From assembly GCA_963702205.1 (NCBI GenBank), contig OY969724.1:3552001-3616000 (forward strand): 64,000 bases of DNA, in the 5' to 3' direction. The translations under genes were made by a program, and so were the position numbers. Below, one piece after another: positions 33,457-41,863 of this stretch (the stretch's first letter is position 1; every line of letters begins with the position of its first letter). The DNA is from an uncultured candidate division Zixibacteria bacterium (GTDB lineage Bacteria > Zixibacteria > MSB-5A5 > GN15 > PGXB01). The notes under the pieces were generated by a model that made no database searches, was not told where the DNA came from, and was given only the letters and a program-made list of their open reading frames with translations.

Positions 33457-33761
33457 TTCTTATCTCCCTTATTTTCGATTAAATGCGATTCTATCCGGGC
33501 CAGGCGACTTTCGACATTGGTCTGGAATTTGAAAAAGTCGTCTTTGCCGATAAGACCTTCCCGAATCAAAATTTCCATCTGAGCCAACCTCTGGTCGATG
33601 GCATTGACCAGCACCGTTTCCGCCTTCGCGGCCAGTTCGGCCTTGATGCTGCCGATAGTCGTGAAATACGCCGCCGAAAGCCCCAGCAGCATGACCATGA
33701 AATTCAACAGGTGACGGTTCAAAAATGAAGACCAATTGATCTTGGGCGATACATCACTCAT
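33453..33761 (-). CDS. Single-TM coiled-coil protein
   Basis: LLNFMVMLLGLSAAYFTTIG TM segment followed by heptad-like region; overlaps both neighbours. Confidence 0.6.
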   Translation of the reverse strand: MSDVSPKINWSSFLNRHLLNFMVMLLGLSAAYFTTIGSIKAELAAKAETVLVNAIDQRLAQMEILIREGLIGKDDFFKFQTNVESRLARIESHLIENKGDKK

Positions 33762-35544
33762 GTTTTGCCTCCCGACTGAATATGAAACAAGCCTGTCCAT
33801 TGATTTTGGCGGGACGAAGATAAAACGCACCCTTGAGCGAACCATCCAGATGCATATTAATACATTCGTTTTTATTTGAAACCTCGAGCACGCGGCCGTT
33901 TCCGAGCGGGTTCGTTTTGGCTTCTGGTCTGACGGGTTCAGGTGCGGCCAGGAATCTCCGGCCCGAATTCAGTTTATCGAACGAGAAGTTGCGCAACTGG
34001 AAGGCTTGGACATCATCGCCAATTTGGAATTGAAGGATTACGTCGGCGCCTCTCTTATACACCGAATATTCTCGAGTATTCTGTTTGATACCGAGTGAAG
34101 ATACCACTAAAGACAGATCATCACAAATATCATAGAATTCCGAACAATCGACCGGTTTGGGATGCATCGTCGCCAGCTGGCCGTCAATCTCATGCACTCC
34201 GTTGACTTCCAGAATGACCGTACTACCGGAAGCATATTCCGGCCACGGCTTAACTTCGGCTGTAACTTGTCGACTTTTTCCATCTATAGTACAATCAAGC
34301 GAACATGGCCGATTATTTCCCCCGAGAACTGTACTCCCCCGGCCCGCGATAATCTTGCGATGTGTCAATAAAAATCGATGGTGGCCGTCGACGACCAATA
34401 TTTCGCAGCCGAAGCGGGTGGAGACTTCTGCAATCGCGGCCGCCAGCTTCGTCCCCTGACAAACAACCGTTTTGGGCAAAAGTCCGTCGTATTTGTCAAA
34501 CAGTTCGGTCAGGATGGCGCGGCGTTCTCGCCCGGTGGCAAACTCGAAGCTGATATCATCCAACAATAAAATGTCGTACAGCTTGAGCTCGACACGAGTT
34601 ACCGTTGATTTTTCGTCACGTAGATATTTAGAAACTTCCGACAGAGGCTGTCTTTCCTTGCCGCGATAGCCGATCAAGCGCCCGTCGAGGACGTACTCTC
34701 CTTCCGGCCAGGTTAATTGTTCCAGATATTGTCCGAGTCCGGCGGATTCGATTTCCCGACCGGAATATTTCCGAACCGTTGCCTGACAATCGTTAACTTC
34801 AACCAAAACCGGTATCGATTCATAGGCCGGATATACAAGATATTCCTTTTGAGAGTCGAGTTTTTCGTGGTCCCAGATTATATGGCGCGCAGGTCCCGCG
34901 ACCGCCGAGGGCTGCTTTTCCTCATGCACATCAAAAGCCAGCGCTTTTTCAATAGAAGTATTCTCCACCGATCCGCGATAAACCAGCGACGTTTCCAGCA
35001 CTCTTTCTATTTTGCGATAATTGAAAGCCGCTTTTGTCGGCCCGGTCGGTGTCTTGTACTTCACGAACGGCTGATGCGGGCAGTTGCGGATATCGCGTCC
35101 GCAGATAGTACATTCCGGCAACGAGAAAATGAAGCTGATGGAACCTTCTTTATATATGCCCGCGTCGATATTCTTGCGGAGATTTTCACCACCCTCGGCC
35201 GTTTTTAGCCAGTAGAAATAGACTTTTATCCAGTTGGCCCCATCACGTACTACTTTCTCGGCGTGAAAATTCCGTGCGATCGGCAGACTGTCCTTGCGGT
35301 GCCCGACCAATACCGGGGAATCGACCAAAAGGCCCGTCAGATGGTCATGATCCTCGGCGGGAAATCGTCCCCCGTAACTGTTGACCCGGTCCGAGACGAT
35401 ATACATAGCCCGGATATAGACAGCCGATGCCTCTATCGGCTCGGGTGGCTTAATATTGGCGTTAAGGATTTCTATCAAATCGCTTCGGCCGCTCTGCTCT
35501 TCACGGGCCAGTGAGGCCGTCATCTTTCCGATTAGTTCTTTCAT
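33754..35544 (-). CDS. Prohead protease-like domain fused to degenerate ATP-dependent DNA ligase-like and LigD-phosphoesterase-like domains
   Basis: RBS GGAGGTG. N-terminal VLVGH...IYKEGSISF...CTICG....CPH...ETSLV; central VLDGRL...LKLYDILLLD...ERRAIL. Confidence 0.6.
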   Translation of the reverse strand: MKELIGKMTASLAREEQSGRSDLIEILNANIKPPEPIEASAVYIRAMYIVSDRVNSYGGRFPAEDHDHLTGLLVDSPVLVGHRKDSLPIARNFHAEKVVRDGANWIKVYFYWLKTAEGGENLRKNIDAGIYKEGSISFIFSLPECTICGRDIRNCPHQPFVKYKTPTGPTKAAFNYRKIERVLETSLVYRGSVENTSIEKALAFDVHEEKQPSAVAGPARHIIWDHEKLDSQKEYLVYPAYESIPVLVEVNDCQATVRKYSGREIESAGLGQYLEQLTWPEGEYVLDGRLIGYRGKERQPLSEVSKYLRDEKSTVTRVELKLYDILLLDDISFEFATGRERRAILTELFDKYDGLLPKTVVCQGTKLAAAIAEVSTRFGCEILVVDGHHRFLLTHRKIIAGRGSTVLGGNNRPCSLDCTIDGKSRQVTAEVKPWPEYASGSTVILEVNGVHEIDGQLATMHPKPVDCSEFYDICDDLSLVVSSLGIKQNTREYSVYKRGADVILQFQIGDDVQAFQLRNFSFDKLNSGRRFLAAPEPVRPEAKTNPLGNGRVLEVSNKNECINMHLDGSLKGAFYLRPAKINGQACFIFSREAKHE

Positions 35545-35726
35545 ATCACCTCCATTACTAAAGGTGATTGTCAGATTTGCCATCGAATCGGTATCGTTTT
35601 GCCAATACAAATCTATGCAGAAAATTTCATCAGAAAAATCCGAATCGGGATTTATAACATATTTACACACATGGTATTATACTGCACGACAACGACTTAC
35701 AACATGGCGACTGGCCATCCCGAATC

Positions 35727-35742
35727 GGGCATATGCCTTGCA
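35727..35742 (+). promoter_or_regulatory. Sigma54 -24/-12 promoter with upstream IHF-like site
   Basis: GGGCATATGCCTTGCA fits GG-N10-GC; CAACGACTTA (CAA-N4-TTA) lies ~28 bp upstream. Confidence 0.6.
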
Positions 35743-35781
35743 GTATAGATTACCGGATTATAACTTTGACAGGAAACTAAT

Positions 35782-35898
35782 ATGATAGTTTATCGAGCCA
35801 AAAAAAGATCGAATTTATTCAAACTGATTATCGGGCTGGTTGCGTTCGTTGCGGCAATGTGCCTGACTTTCGGCCAGTCCGTCAGCGGCGCCTTCTAA
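35782..35898 (+). CDS. 38-aa membrane/signal-like micropeptide
   Basis: AGGA RBS; MIVYRAKKRSNLFKLIIGLVAFVAAMCLTFGQSVSGAF*; its stop overlaps the terminase stop. Below the ORF-track cutoff. Confidence 0.55.
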   Translation: MIVYRAKKRSNLFKLIIGLVAFVAAMCLTFGQSVSGAF

Positions 35899-37220
35899 AT
35901 AGCCCCGACTCTCGGAGCAATGGCCGGACTGCACGATTTCCGCAACGGCCACACGGCCAGCGCCAGTGCCATTAGACCGTCGCATGTATTATTTTCATCC
36001 CATCGCGCCGAACGAAGGTCATCTTCAAGCGACCAAACCCGCCCGTTATTATCTGCGATTTCCCAGCGTTCATATTTAATCCGTTCCATGCCATGAATCA
36101 TTTCCACGTTGGTTAATAACTCCGCTTTGGATTTGGGCGAGAAAATAAACGCCGTCGGATTCAAATCACCGAGCTGCGACACTACCACGTCGCCCAGACC
36201 GGTCGCGTCGATTATCAACCTCCCCGGGAATTTTGCTTGTTGGTGGCGGATTTTCTGCAATATAATATTCCAGTCCCACTGTCTGATTCGCTGCACCATA
36301 ACTACCCGCGCCTTATTGTTTTCGATTTGCACCGTCACACCGACCGTAGCCGTCTTTTTCCGTGCCAGGTCCCAGCCGGTGATGTAATGCTTATGTCCCT
36401 CAGGGCAACCCGGAGGACATACCGCATCCGGCGTCAGGGCAATATCAATATATCGGCCGGGGATTACTTCCCCGCCGCCGTCGACGAATTGCCCCATAAT
36501 ATTCTGGGCTACGCGCTTGTCGCTTAAATATTCAATCTGTGCTTCCAGATACTCCTTCGATATATGGCAATTCTCCCGGGAATCGCCGGAGTGCACATAG
36601 GCGTCTTTACCCCGTTTCGACAACTCCTGCATTTTGCGATAAAACCAGTTGCGTCCGTTCGGCGTTGACACCAGGTCCAGCTTGCCCCGGCGGTCGGCCA
36701 GGCGCATTTTGATGACTTCATTGACGACATACTCGGCTTCGGGATCGAAGGCAACTTCATCGTAAATGAAATAATCATAATCATTGCCGAGCAAATATTC
36801 GCCGCGGCGCTGAGTCGAGCGGGCGTCGATAACCGCGCCGTTGCCAAGCACCAAACGCGGGTACGGCGTCACGGTATACTTCTTGATCAGCCCCTCAATG
36901 CAACAGGTGCTGTTTAAAATACGTACGACCGTATTGAAAATTATTTTAGCCTGATCAAGCGTTATGCAGGCCGTAACGATATGATATTTCCCGCAGCCGT
37001 CATAGCGAAGGTCGCGAATCCTGAAAACCGCGTGGTGAATGATCTTGATCGCCTGTGCGAATGACTTGCCCCAGCGATTACCCGTCACCAGAAGGTTTTC
37101 CGAAGTACAACTGCCGTTAAGCCATTTTTCCTGACCAGGATGCGGCTCAATACGCAGGAATTTACGTGCAAAAAAAGGGATATCCTTAACCGCCCGACTC
37201 CAGTCCGCCTTGTCCAGCAA
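35895..37220 (-). CDS. Terminase large subunit
   Basis: Walker A GNRWGKS, Walker B YFIYDE, coupling motif STPNG, nuclease GWDLA / IIDATG / CDGLMALALA. Confidence 0.92.
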   Translation of the reverse strand: MLDKADWSRAVKDIPFFARKFLRIEPHPGQEKWLNGSCTSENLLVTGNRWGKSFAQAIKIIHHAVFRIRDLRYDGCGKYHIVTACITLDQAKIIFNTVVRILNSTCCIEGLIKKYTVTPYPRLVLGNGAVIDARSTQRRGEYLLGNDYDYFIYDEVAFDPEAEYVVNEVIKMRLADRRGKLDLVSTPNGRNWFYRKMQELSKRGKDAYVHSGDSRENCHISKEYLEAQIEYLSDKRVAQNIMGQFVDGGGEVIPGRYIDIALTPDAVCPPGCPEGHKHYITGWDLARKKTATVGVTVQIENNKARVVMVQRIRQWDWNIILQKIRHQQAKFPGRLIIDATGLGDVVVSQLGDLNPTAFIFSPKSKAELLTNVEMIHGMERIKYERWEIADNNGRVWSLEDDLRSARWDENNTCDGLMALALAVWPLRKSCSPAIAPRVGAI

Positions 37221-37225
37221 ATTTT

Positions 37226-38527
37226 CTATATCAGCTCTCCGGCGCGTCGAATGGCTTCGTTTTTGGAAATCAAACCCTGCGAATGCAGTTTGATCAGGTT
37301 ATCGACGTCGCTCTGGCGTATCTGCGCCTGTTCCGAAGCCAGATAGCTCAGGCTGTTTTCGAACACAAAGCGGCACCGACAATCGTAGCCTTTCAGAGCC
37401 AGTTCGACATCGCCGATCCACTCCAGAAAACGAGCCGCCTGCCGCTGCACCGAATGCACCTGCCTCATGACAAGATCATACTTGAACTCGGCCCACTTAT
37501 GCGCCGCACCGTAGCTGTACCCCAGAAGAAACGGCGACAGATTCGTTCCTGAACAGATCTCTTCGATCATGGCCCGGTGGTTAATCGACCCGGCATTGGT
37601 CGCCGTGCGAATATTCTGTGGTCCGACATATTCGATCAAAACATTATCCCATGTGACCGGGTTGTCGTCCGGGTCGCACTTCTTTATCATCGAAACCGTC
37701 TGATCGAAATACTCGTTGATCCGCTCTATATAGGCCTGATCCGATTCACCGGAGCTTTTTTCGGGCGGCGTGATCTTGACATGGAGACGGTGGTACCCGG
37801 AATTGTGCATCGTCCGGCGCATGTCATCGGTCAACTGCTGCTCGATATACGCCACGAACGGCACCGAGCGCATGATCGATTTCCCCAGCCCGTGATTGAG
37901 ATCGGCATTTAGTCCTATATAGTAAAAATCGTTGCCCTGCGGCCGAATTTCACCTTTCTCCGTGCTGATGGTAATCGTCGATTGTCCGGCTTTCGTCCGC
38001 GCCAGGCCGATGTCTCGCGGATCGACAGGAATAAAACGTTCCACTCCGCTCGCATCGGGACGGACAATCAGGAAACCGGCGAAAGCGCCGTCGGTGAACA
38101 GGCTGCTGAACAGCAATGGCAAAAATGAATCCAGCGCTCCGGCCCGGTCGAATTCAAACGGATAAATCCGGTCATACAGAGATTCCAAAATACCGATTGC
38201 TTCATTCTCTCTTGATTTCGAGACTTCCCCGGTTATTTCAAACCTTCCCGGCGCCGAAGCCAACCGGCTCCAGGTCCAGATGCAGGCGCTCAAAACAGGA
38301 ATATTGTCACGGAAAAATCGGTAAAGATCGATTCGAAAGCGGTTGTGCCAGTTTTCCTCGGCGCGCCATACGAGGGAGTTTCCGGAAGGCCGGAAAAGCG
38401 GCCGGTCAGCGACGGATGATCGGCTCGACAGTGATTTCACAAAATCGACTGTTTTCAATTGACTTTTCGAATGTTGGTCCTGTTGTAACATTGCAGCTCC
38501 TTTTTTAAAGAGGCGCTGCCACTCCAA
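37226..38527 (-). CDS. Portal protein (probable)
   Basis: 433 aa adjacent to terminase; LYRFFRDNIPVLSACI, G.SIMRS, IEEICSGTNLSPFLLG, GLISKNEA..R C-terminus typical of portals. Confidence 0.75.
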   Translation of the reverse strand: MEWQRLFKKGAAMLQQDQHSKSQLKTVDFVKSLSSRSSVADRPLFRPSGNSLVWRAEENWHNRFRIDLYRFFRDNIPVLSACIWTWSRLASAPGRFEITGEVSKSRENEAIGILESLYDRIYPFEFDRAGALDSFLPLLFSSLFTDGAFAGFLIVRPDASGVERFIPVDPRDIGLARTKAGQSTITISTEKGEIRPQGNDFYYIGLNADLNHGLGKSIMRSVPFVAYIEQQLTDDMRRTMHNSGYHRLHVKITPPEKSSGESDQAYIERINEYFDQTVSMIKKCDPDDNPVTWDNVLIEYVGPQNIRTATNAGSINHRAMIEEICSGTNLSPFLLGYSYGAAHKWAEFKYDLVMRQVHSVQRQAARFLEWIGDVELALKGYDCRCRFVFENSLSYLASEQAQIRQSDVDNLIKLHSQGLISKNEAIRRAGELI

Positions 38528-38732
38528 TCAACCTCAATCCGATAGTCATTTTGACGAATAAGCAGAATGCATACTTAACTGTCTGGAACCTATAAACTTA
38601 AATAGGAATAGGCTTCATTAAATATGCATTATTTTGCGCAGATTCTTACCATAACCGTAAATTCAGCCTTTGCTGTGCCATTTATACGACTACGGTACAA
38701 CAACTTACGCTTAGCAAACTAACCTCTTCGGG

Positions 38733-38748
38733 CGGCATACAAGTTGCT
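38733..38748 (+). promoter_or_regulatory. Sigma54 promoter of the PEP-CTERM gene with IHF-like site
   Basis: CGGCATACAAGTTGCT; CAACAACTTA ~26 bp upstream. PEP-CTERM genes are commonly sigma54-controlled. Confidence 0.7.
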
Positions 38749-38794
38749 TATTATCTGAACAAATAACTATAACTATTTTTTTTGCGGGTGTCTT

Positions 38795-39553
38795 ATGAAA
38801 CGAGTTTTAATTATGATGGCGATTGTCAGTCTTATGGCCTCTTCGAGTTTTGGCTTTGCCTGGCAAATGTACGATTTCGGATCACAGATTTTCGATCACA
38901 ATAACAACACCGCTCCGATTTATTACCCCTACGGTGTCGGCTCTTTGCCGTCGCCCGGTTTGATCGGTGAAGGCGGCGAAAAATTTGACCTTGAAGGATT
39001 CCACTTTGCGATGGAAGGCAACACCGCTCATGTTGCGATAGTCAATTCCTTCGGCATGTCGGCTTATTCGACCGGCTGGCACCAGTCTTATGACCTCGGC
39101 GATCTCTTCTTCGGCTTCGACGGTTCCAGCACCCAATACGCCATAGACATGCAAACCATGCGGCTTTACGAAGTCAATTCTTTCACCGGGATACCGAACC
39201 TTCCCGGCAGCTATTATAATTATCCGACCATCCGAAACGCCGTCGGCGCCTGGGATATGACCGGCGGCACCGAACTTGGTATGGTCAACCATCAGATGTC
39301 GTTCTGGGAAGATTTGGAATCCGATTATTTGATGCCCGGTAACGGCGACACCTACGTTCTCGAATTTTCATTCGATATGGGCCTCGTGGCCGGAGCGACG
39401 GGAGCTTCCAGCATCTCGTTCCACAACGCTGTCGGCTGCGGTAACGATTTCATGAACGAATCCTATAATTTCGTCCCGGAACCGACTTCCCTGCTGCTCC
39501 TGGGATTGGGATTGGCCGGTCTGGGGATATACCGCAAACGCCTTATTTCGTAA
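38795..39553 (+). CDS. PEP-CTERM sorting domain protein
   Basis: Signal peptide; C-terminal VPEPTSLLLLGLGLAGLGIYRKR. Confidence 0.95.
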   Translation: MKRVLIMMAIVSLMASSSFGFAWQMYDFGSQIFDHNNNTAPIYYPYGVGSLPSPGLIGEGGEKFDLEGFHFAMEGNTAHVAIVNSFGMSAYSTGWHQSYDLGDLFFGFDGSSTQYAIDMQTMRLYEVNSFTGIPNLPGSYYNYPTIRNAVGAWDMTGGTELGMVNHQMSFWEDLESDYLMPGNGDTYVLEFSFDMGLVAGATGASSISFHNAVGCGNDFMNESYNFVPEPTSLLLLGLGLAGLGIYRKRLIS

Positions 39554-39582
39554 CTTCATTTAATGCTCGTTTCATAAATTTT

Positions 39583-39610
39583 AAAAGCCCCGTTTTGACG
39601 GGGCTTTTTT
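39583..39610 (+). terminator. Intrinsic terminator
   Basis: AAAAGCCCCGT-TTTG-ACGGGGCTTTTTT. Confidence 0.85.
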
Positions 39611-39737
39611 ATTGGCTATTACTTGACACCGATATGCTTTTTTTACATCTTAAGCAAGTTTGCGAAATTCGCCGATAACTTATATGGTATAAACGGTTAA
39701 GGCCTATTTGGTACCATATAGTAAACAGGGATATTTT

Positions 39738-41240
39738 ATGACCAGGGAATTCAGGTTTTTATCGATCATCGCAATTGCCATTATTCTGTCCGGTTGCTCG
39801 TCCGACAATGCCATTCAAATCAGGTTCAACGCTGAAAAACTGTATCACCACGCCGACAAGCTCTACGAAAAGGCCTCGATCAAACCTGACTTGCAGGATG
39901 AGCGTACCTGGTCCGAAGTTAAACAAGCATATCTCGACGTCACCGATTATTGTTGGAAATATGTCGATTCAATTTCGACCGAAAAAAACCCAATCCCAAA
40001 AAAGGAACTGGAATCGGTGGTCTATCTGTCTACCCTCAGGCTGAGCAGCATATACTTCGCCGAAGAGAAACTCGATTCTTCCGTCTTTGTGCTGAACCAG
40101 TTGCTGAATATGACCCACCTCGAAGGCAATCGGCTCCTGACCGCCCGCCTCCAGCTGGCCAAGGCCAAGCATTGGGAAGGCCACCGCGATGAGGCTCTCG
40201 TGATATACAAAGGAATAATCGATACCTTCTACCCGCCGGTTGACAACAACAATAAAATCCTGACCGACGTCTTAAACCTCCCGCTCGAAATTATCAGCAT
40301 TCACCGGATACTCAATAACGAAGAAGCTATCAAACAGGAAACTCAATCGGCTGAAAAATATTATTTGCGAATAATCCACGACTGGCCCGGGACGGCGCTG
40401 GAAACGGCCGCCCGTGGCGATCTGGCCCGCGTATACAGCGACGACAACCAGCCCCAGAAAGCTATCGACCAACTCTACCAGATTAAGGATTCCACGGGCC
40501 AGGTGCCTCTCGAAGCTCAGGTTTTGGCCGCCAATATTACCGCTTCCGGCTTGAGAAAGTACGAGACGGCCGCCGGTATGTTCGACGAGCTTATTGCCAA
40601 AACCAGCGATACGCTTATACTACCGAATTTATATGTCCGAAAAGGCGCCGCCCTGTATGAAAGCCGTCAATACCAGAAATGTCTCGATATTATGGATCTG
40701 GTTCGCAAACAATATGAATTCTATTATCAACAGAATCCCATCGCGCAGAAATATATCGCCATGTCTTATAATCGCCTCGGCGAATGGGCCAGGGCTGAGG
40801 TGGCCTTTATGCAATTGGCCGATAATTACGCGACCACGGAGGACGCCTTCAACGCCTACCTTTTCGTCGCCGATCACTACGATCAAACCGGCAATAAATC
40901 GCTGGCCGAGGTTTGGTACAAACGCGCTGAGGATTTCTACGATAAAATGGCCCGCAATTATTCCGGGACACCGGTTGAAGCCTCGGCCCTGTCATTTAAG
41001 GCTGAAATAGCGCGGCGCCATCAAAACTGGGAACAAGCCGTAGATATACTGGTAAAACTCTACGACAAGTTCCCCAACACGGAAGTTGGCTATAAGGCCC
41101 TTTTAAACGCGGCGGCCGTATATAAACACCGTCTCGGGAACGATAAAAAGGCCGAGGAATTGGTCGATATTCTCAGAAATCGCCTGGTGCCGGGCAAAGA
41201 TAATAAAAATATCGGCCCAAATACCGATGTAAATAAGTAA
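39738..41240 (+). CDS. TPR-repeat lipoprotein
   Basis: Lipobox LSGC; multiple TPR-like helices. Confidence 0.8.
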   Translation: MTREFRFLSIIAIAIILSGCSSDNAIQIRFNAEKLYHHADKLYEKASIKPDLQDERTWSEVKQAYLDVTDYCWKYVDSISTEKNPIPKKELESVVYLSTLRLSSIYFAEEKLDSSVFVLNQLLNMTHLEGNRLLTARLQLAKAKHWEGHRDEALVIYKGIIDTFYPPVDNNNKILTDVLNLPLEIISIHRILNNEEAIKQETQSAEKYYLRIIHDWPGTALETAARGDLARVYSDDNQPQKAIDQLYQIKDSTGQVPLEAQVLAANITASGLRKYETAAGMFDELIAKTSDTLILPNLYVRKGAALYESRQYQKCLDIMDLVRKQYEFYYQQNPIAQKYIAMSYNRLGEWARAEVAFMQLADNYATTEDAFNAYLFVADHYDQTGNKSLAEVWYKRAEDFYDKMARNYSGTPVEASALSFKAEIARRHQNWEQAVDILVKLYDKFPNTEVGYKALLNAAAVYKHRLGNDKKAEELVDILRNRLVPGKDNKNIGPNTDVNK

Positions 41241-41270
41241 AACCTTTAATATCAAATGGATGGAGGAATA

Positions 41271-41798
41271 ATGAGCTTGAAAAAGACAGCTCTCCTGACA
41301 CTGGGGCTGGCCCTTCTTTCAGCCATAAGTGTATTCGCCCAGAAGGACACATTGGGAAAAATCGATACACTTTATGCCGAGCCTTACCAAATCGACGCCA
41401 AAAACTGGGGTATAAATGTCTCCCTGACAAATGACGAAGATATCGTCGGCATTTCAGTACCTTTGAGATTCACGTCGGGCAAAATTCGCCTGGTGGCCGA
41501 TTCGACCATTTTTAAGGGTGGACGTGTCGATCATTTTCGCGTTAAATTCGCCCGCGCCGACACGGCCATACAGTGCGTCACAATTGGCCTGATTGCCGAT
41601 ATCGGAGTATCCGTCCCGCCGATGCAGCCGGGCAGTGGAAGGATCGCGACCATTTTTGTCTCGTCACTTGACGGCGACAAGATTCCGGATATGAAGGTCG
41701 ACACGACTACGACCAACCCGGGCAATACGCTGCAGATGGTATCGCCTCCGGTTAACGAAGTAATTCCCGTCTTTGTCGTCAAACAAGGCAAAAAATAA
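41271..41798 (+). CDS. Secreted cohesin-like domain protein
   Basis: Signal peptide; INVSLTNDEDIVGISVPLRF...PGSGRIATIFV...VDTT beta-sandwich pattern. Confidence 0.5.
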   Translation: MSLKKTALLTLGLALLSAISVFAQKDTLGKIDTLYAEPYQIDAKNWGINVSLTNDEDIVGISVPLRFTSGKIRLVADSTIFKGGRVDHFRVKFARADTAIQCVTIGLIADIGVSVPPMQPGSGRIATIFVSSLDGDKIPDMKVDTTTTNPGNTLQMVSPPVNEVIPVFVVKQGKK

Positions 41799-41831
41799 AT
41801 TTAAGGGAAGAGACACTTAAGCCAAGCTGAT

Positions 41832-41863
41832 AACGACCCCGATTTTTCGGGGTCGTTTTTTTT
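41832..41863. terminator. Terminator between convergent genes
   Basis: AACGACCCCGA-TTTT-TCGGGGTCGTT followed by a T-run. Confidence 0.85.

Noticed and set aside
24203..38527. Complete inducible prophage or encapsulin nanocompartment
   Set aside because: No integrase, att, replication or tail genes were seen, so it is not a complete prophage. Portal plus terminase indicate DNA packaging, which encapsulin systems lack. A decayed prophage cannot be fully excluded.
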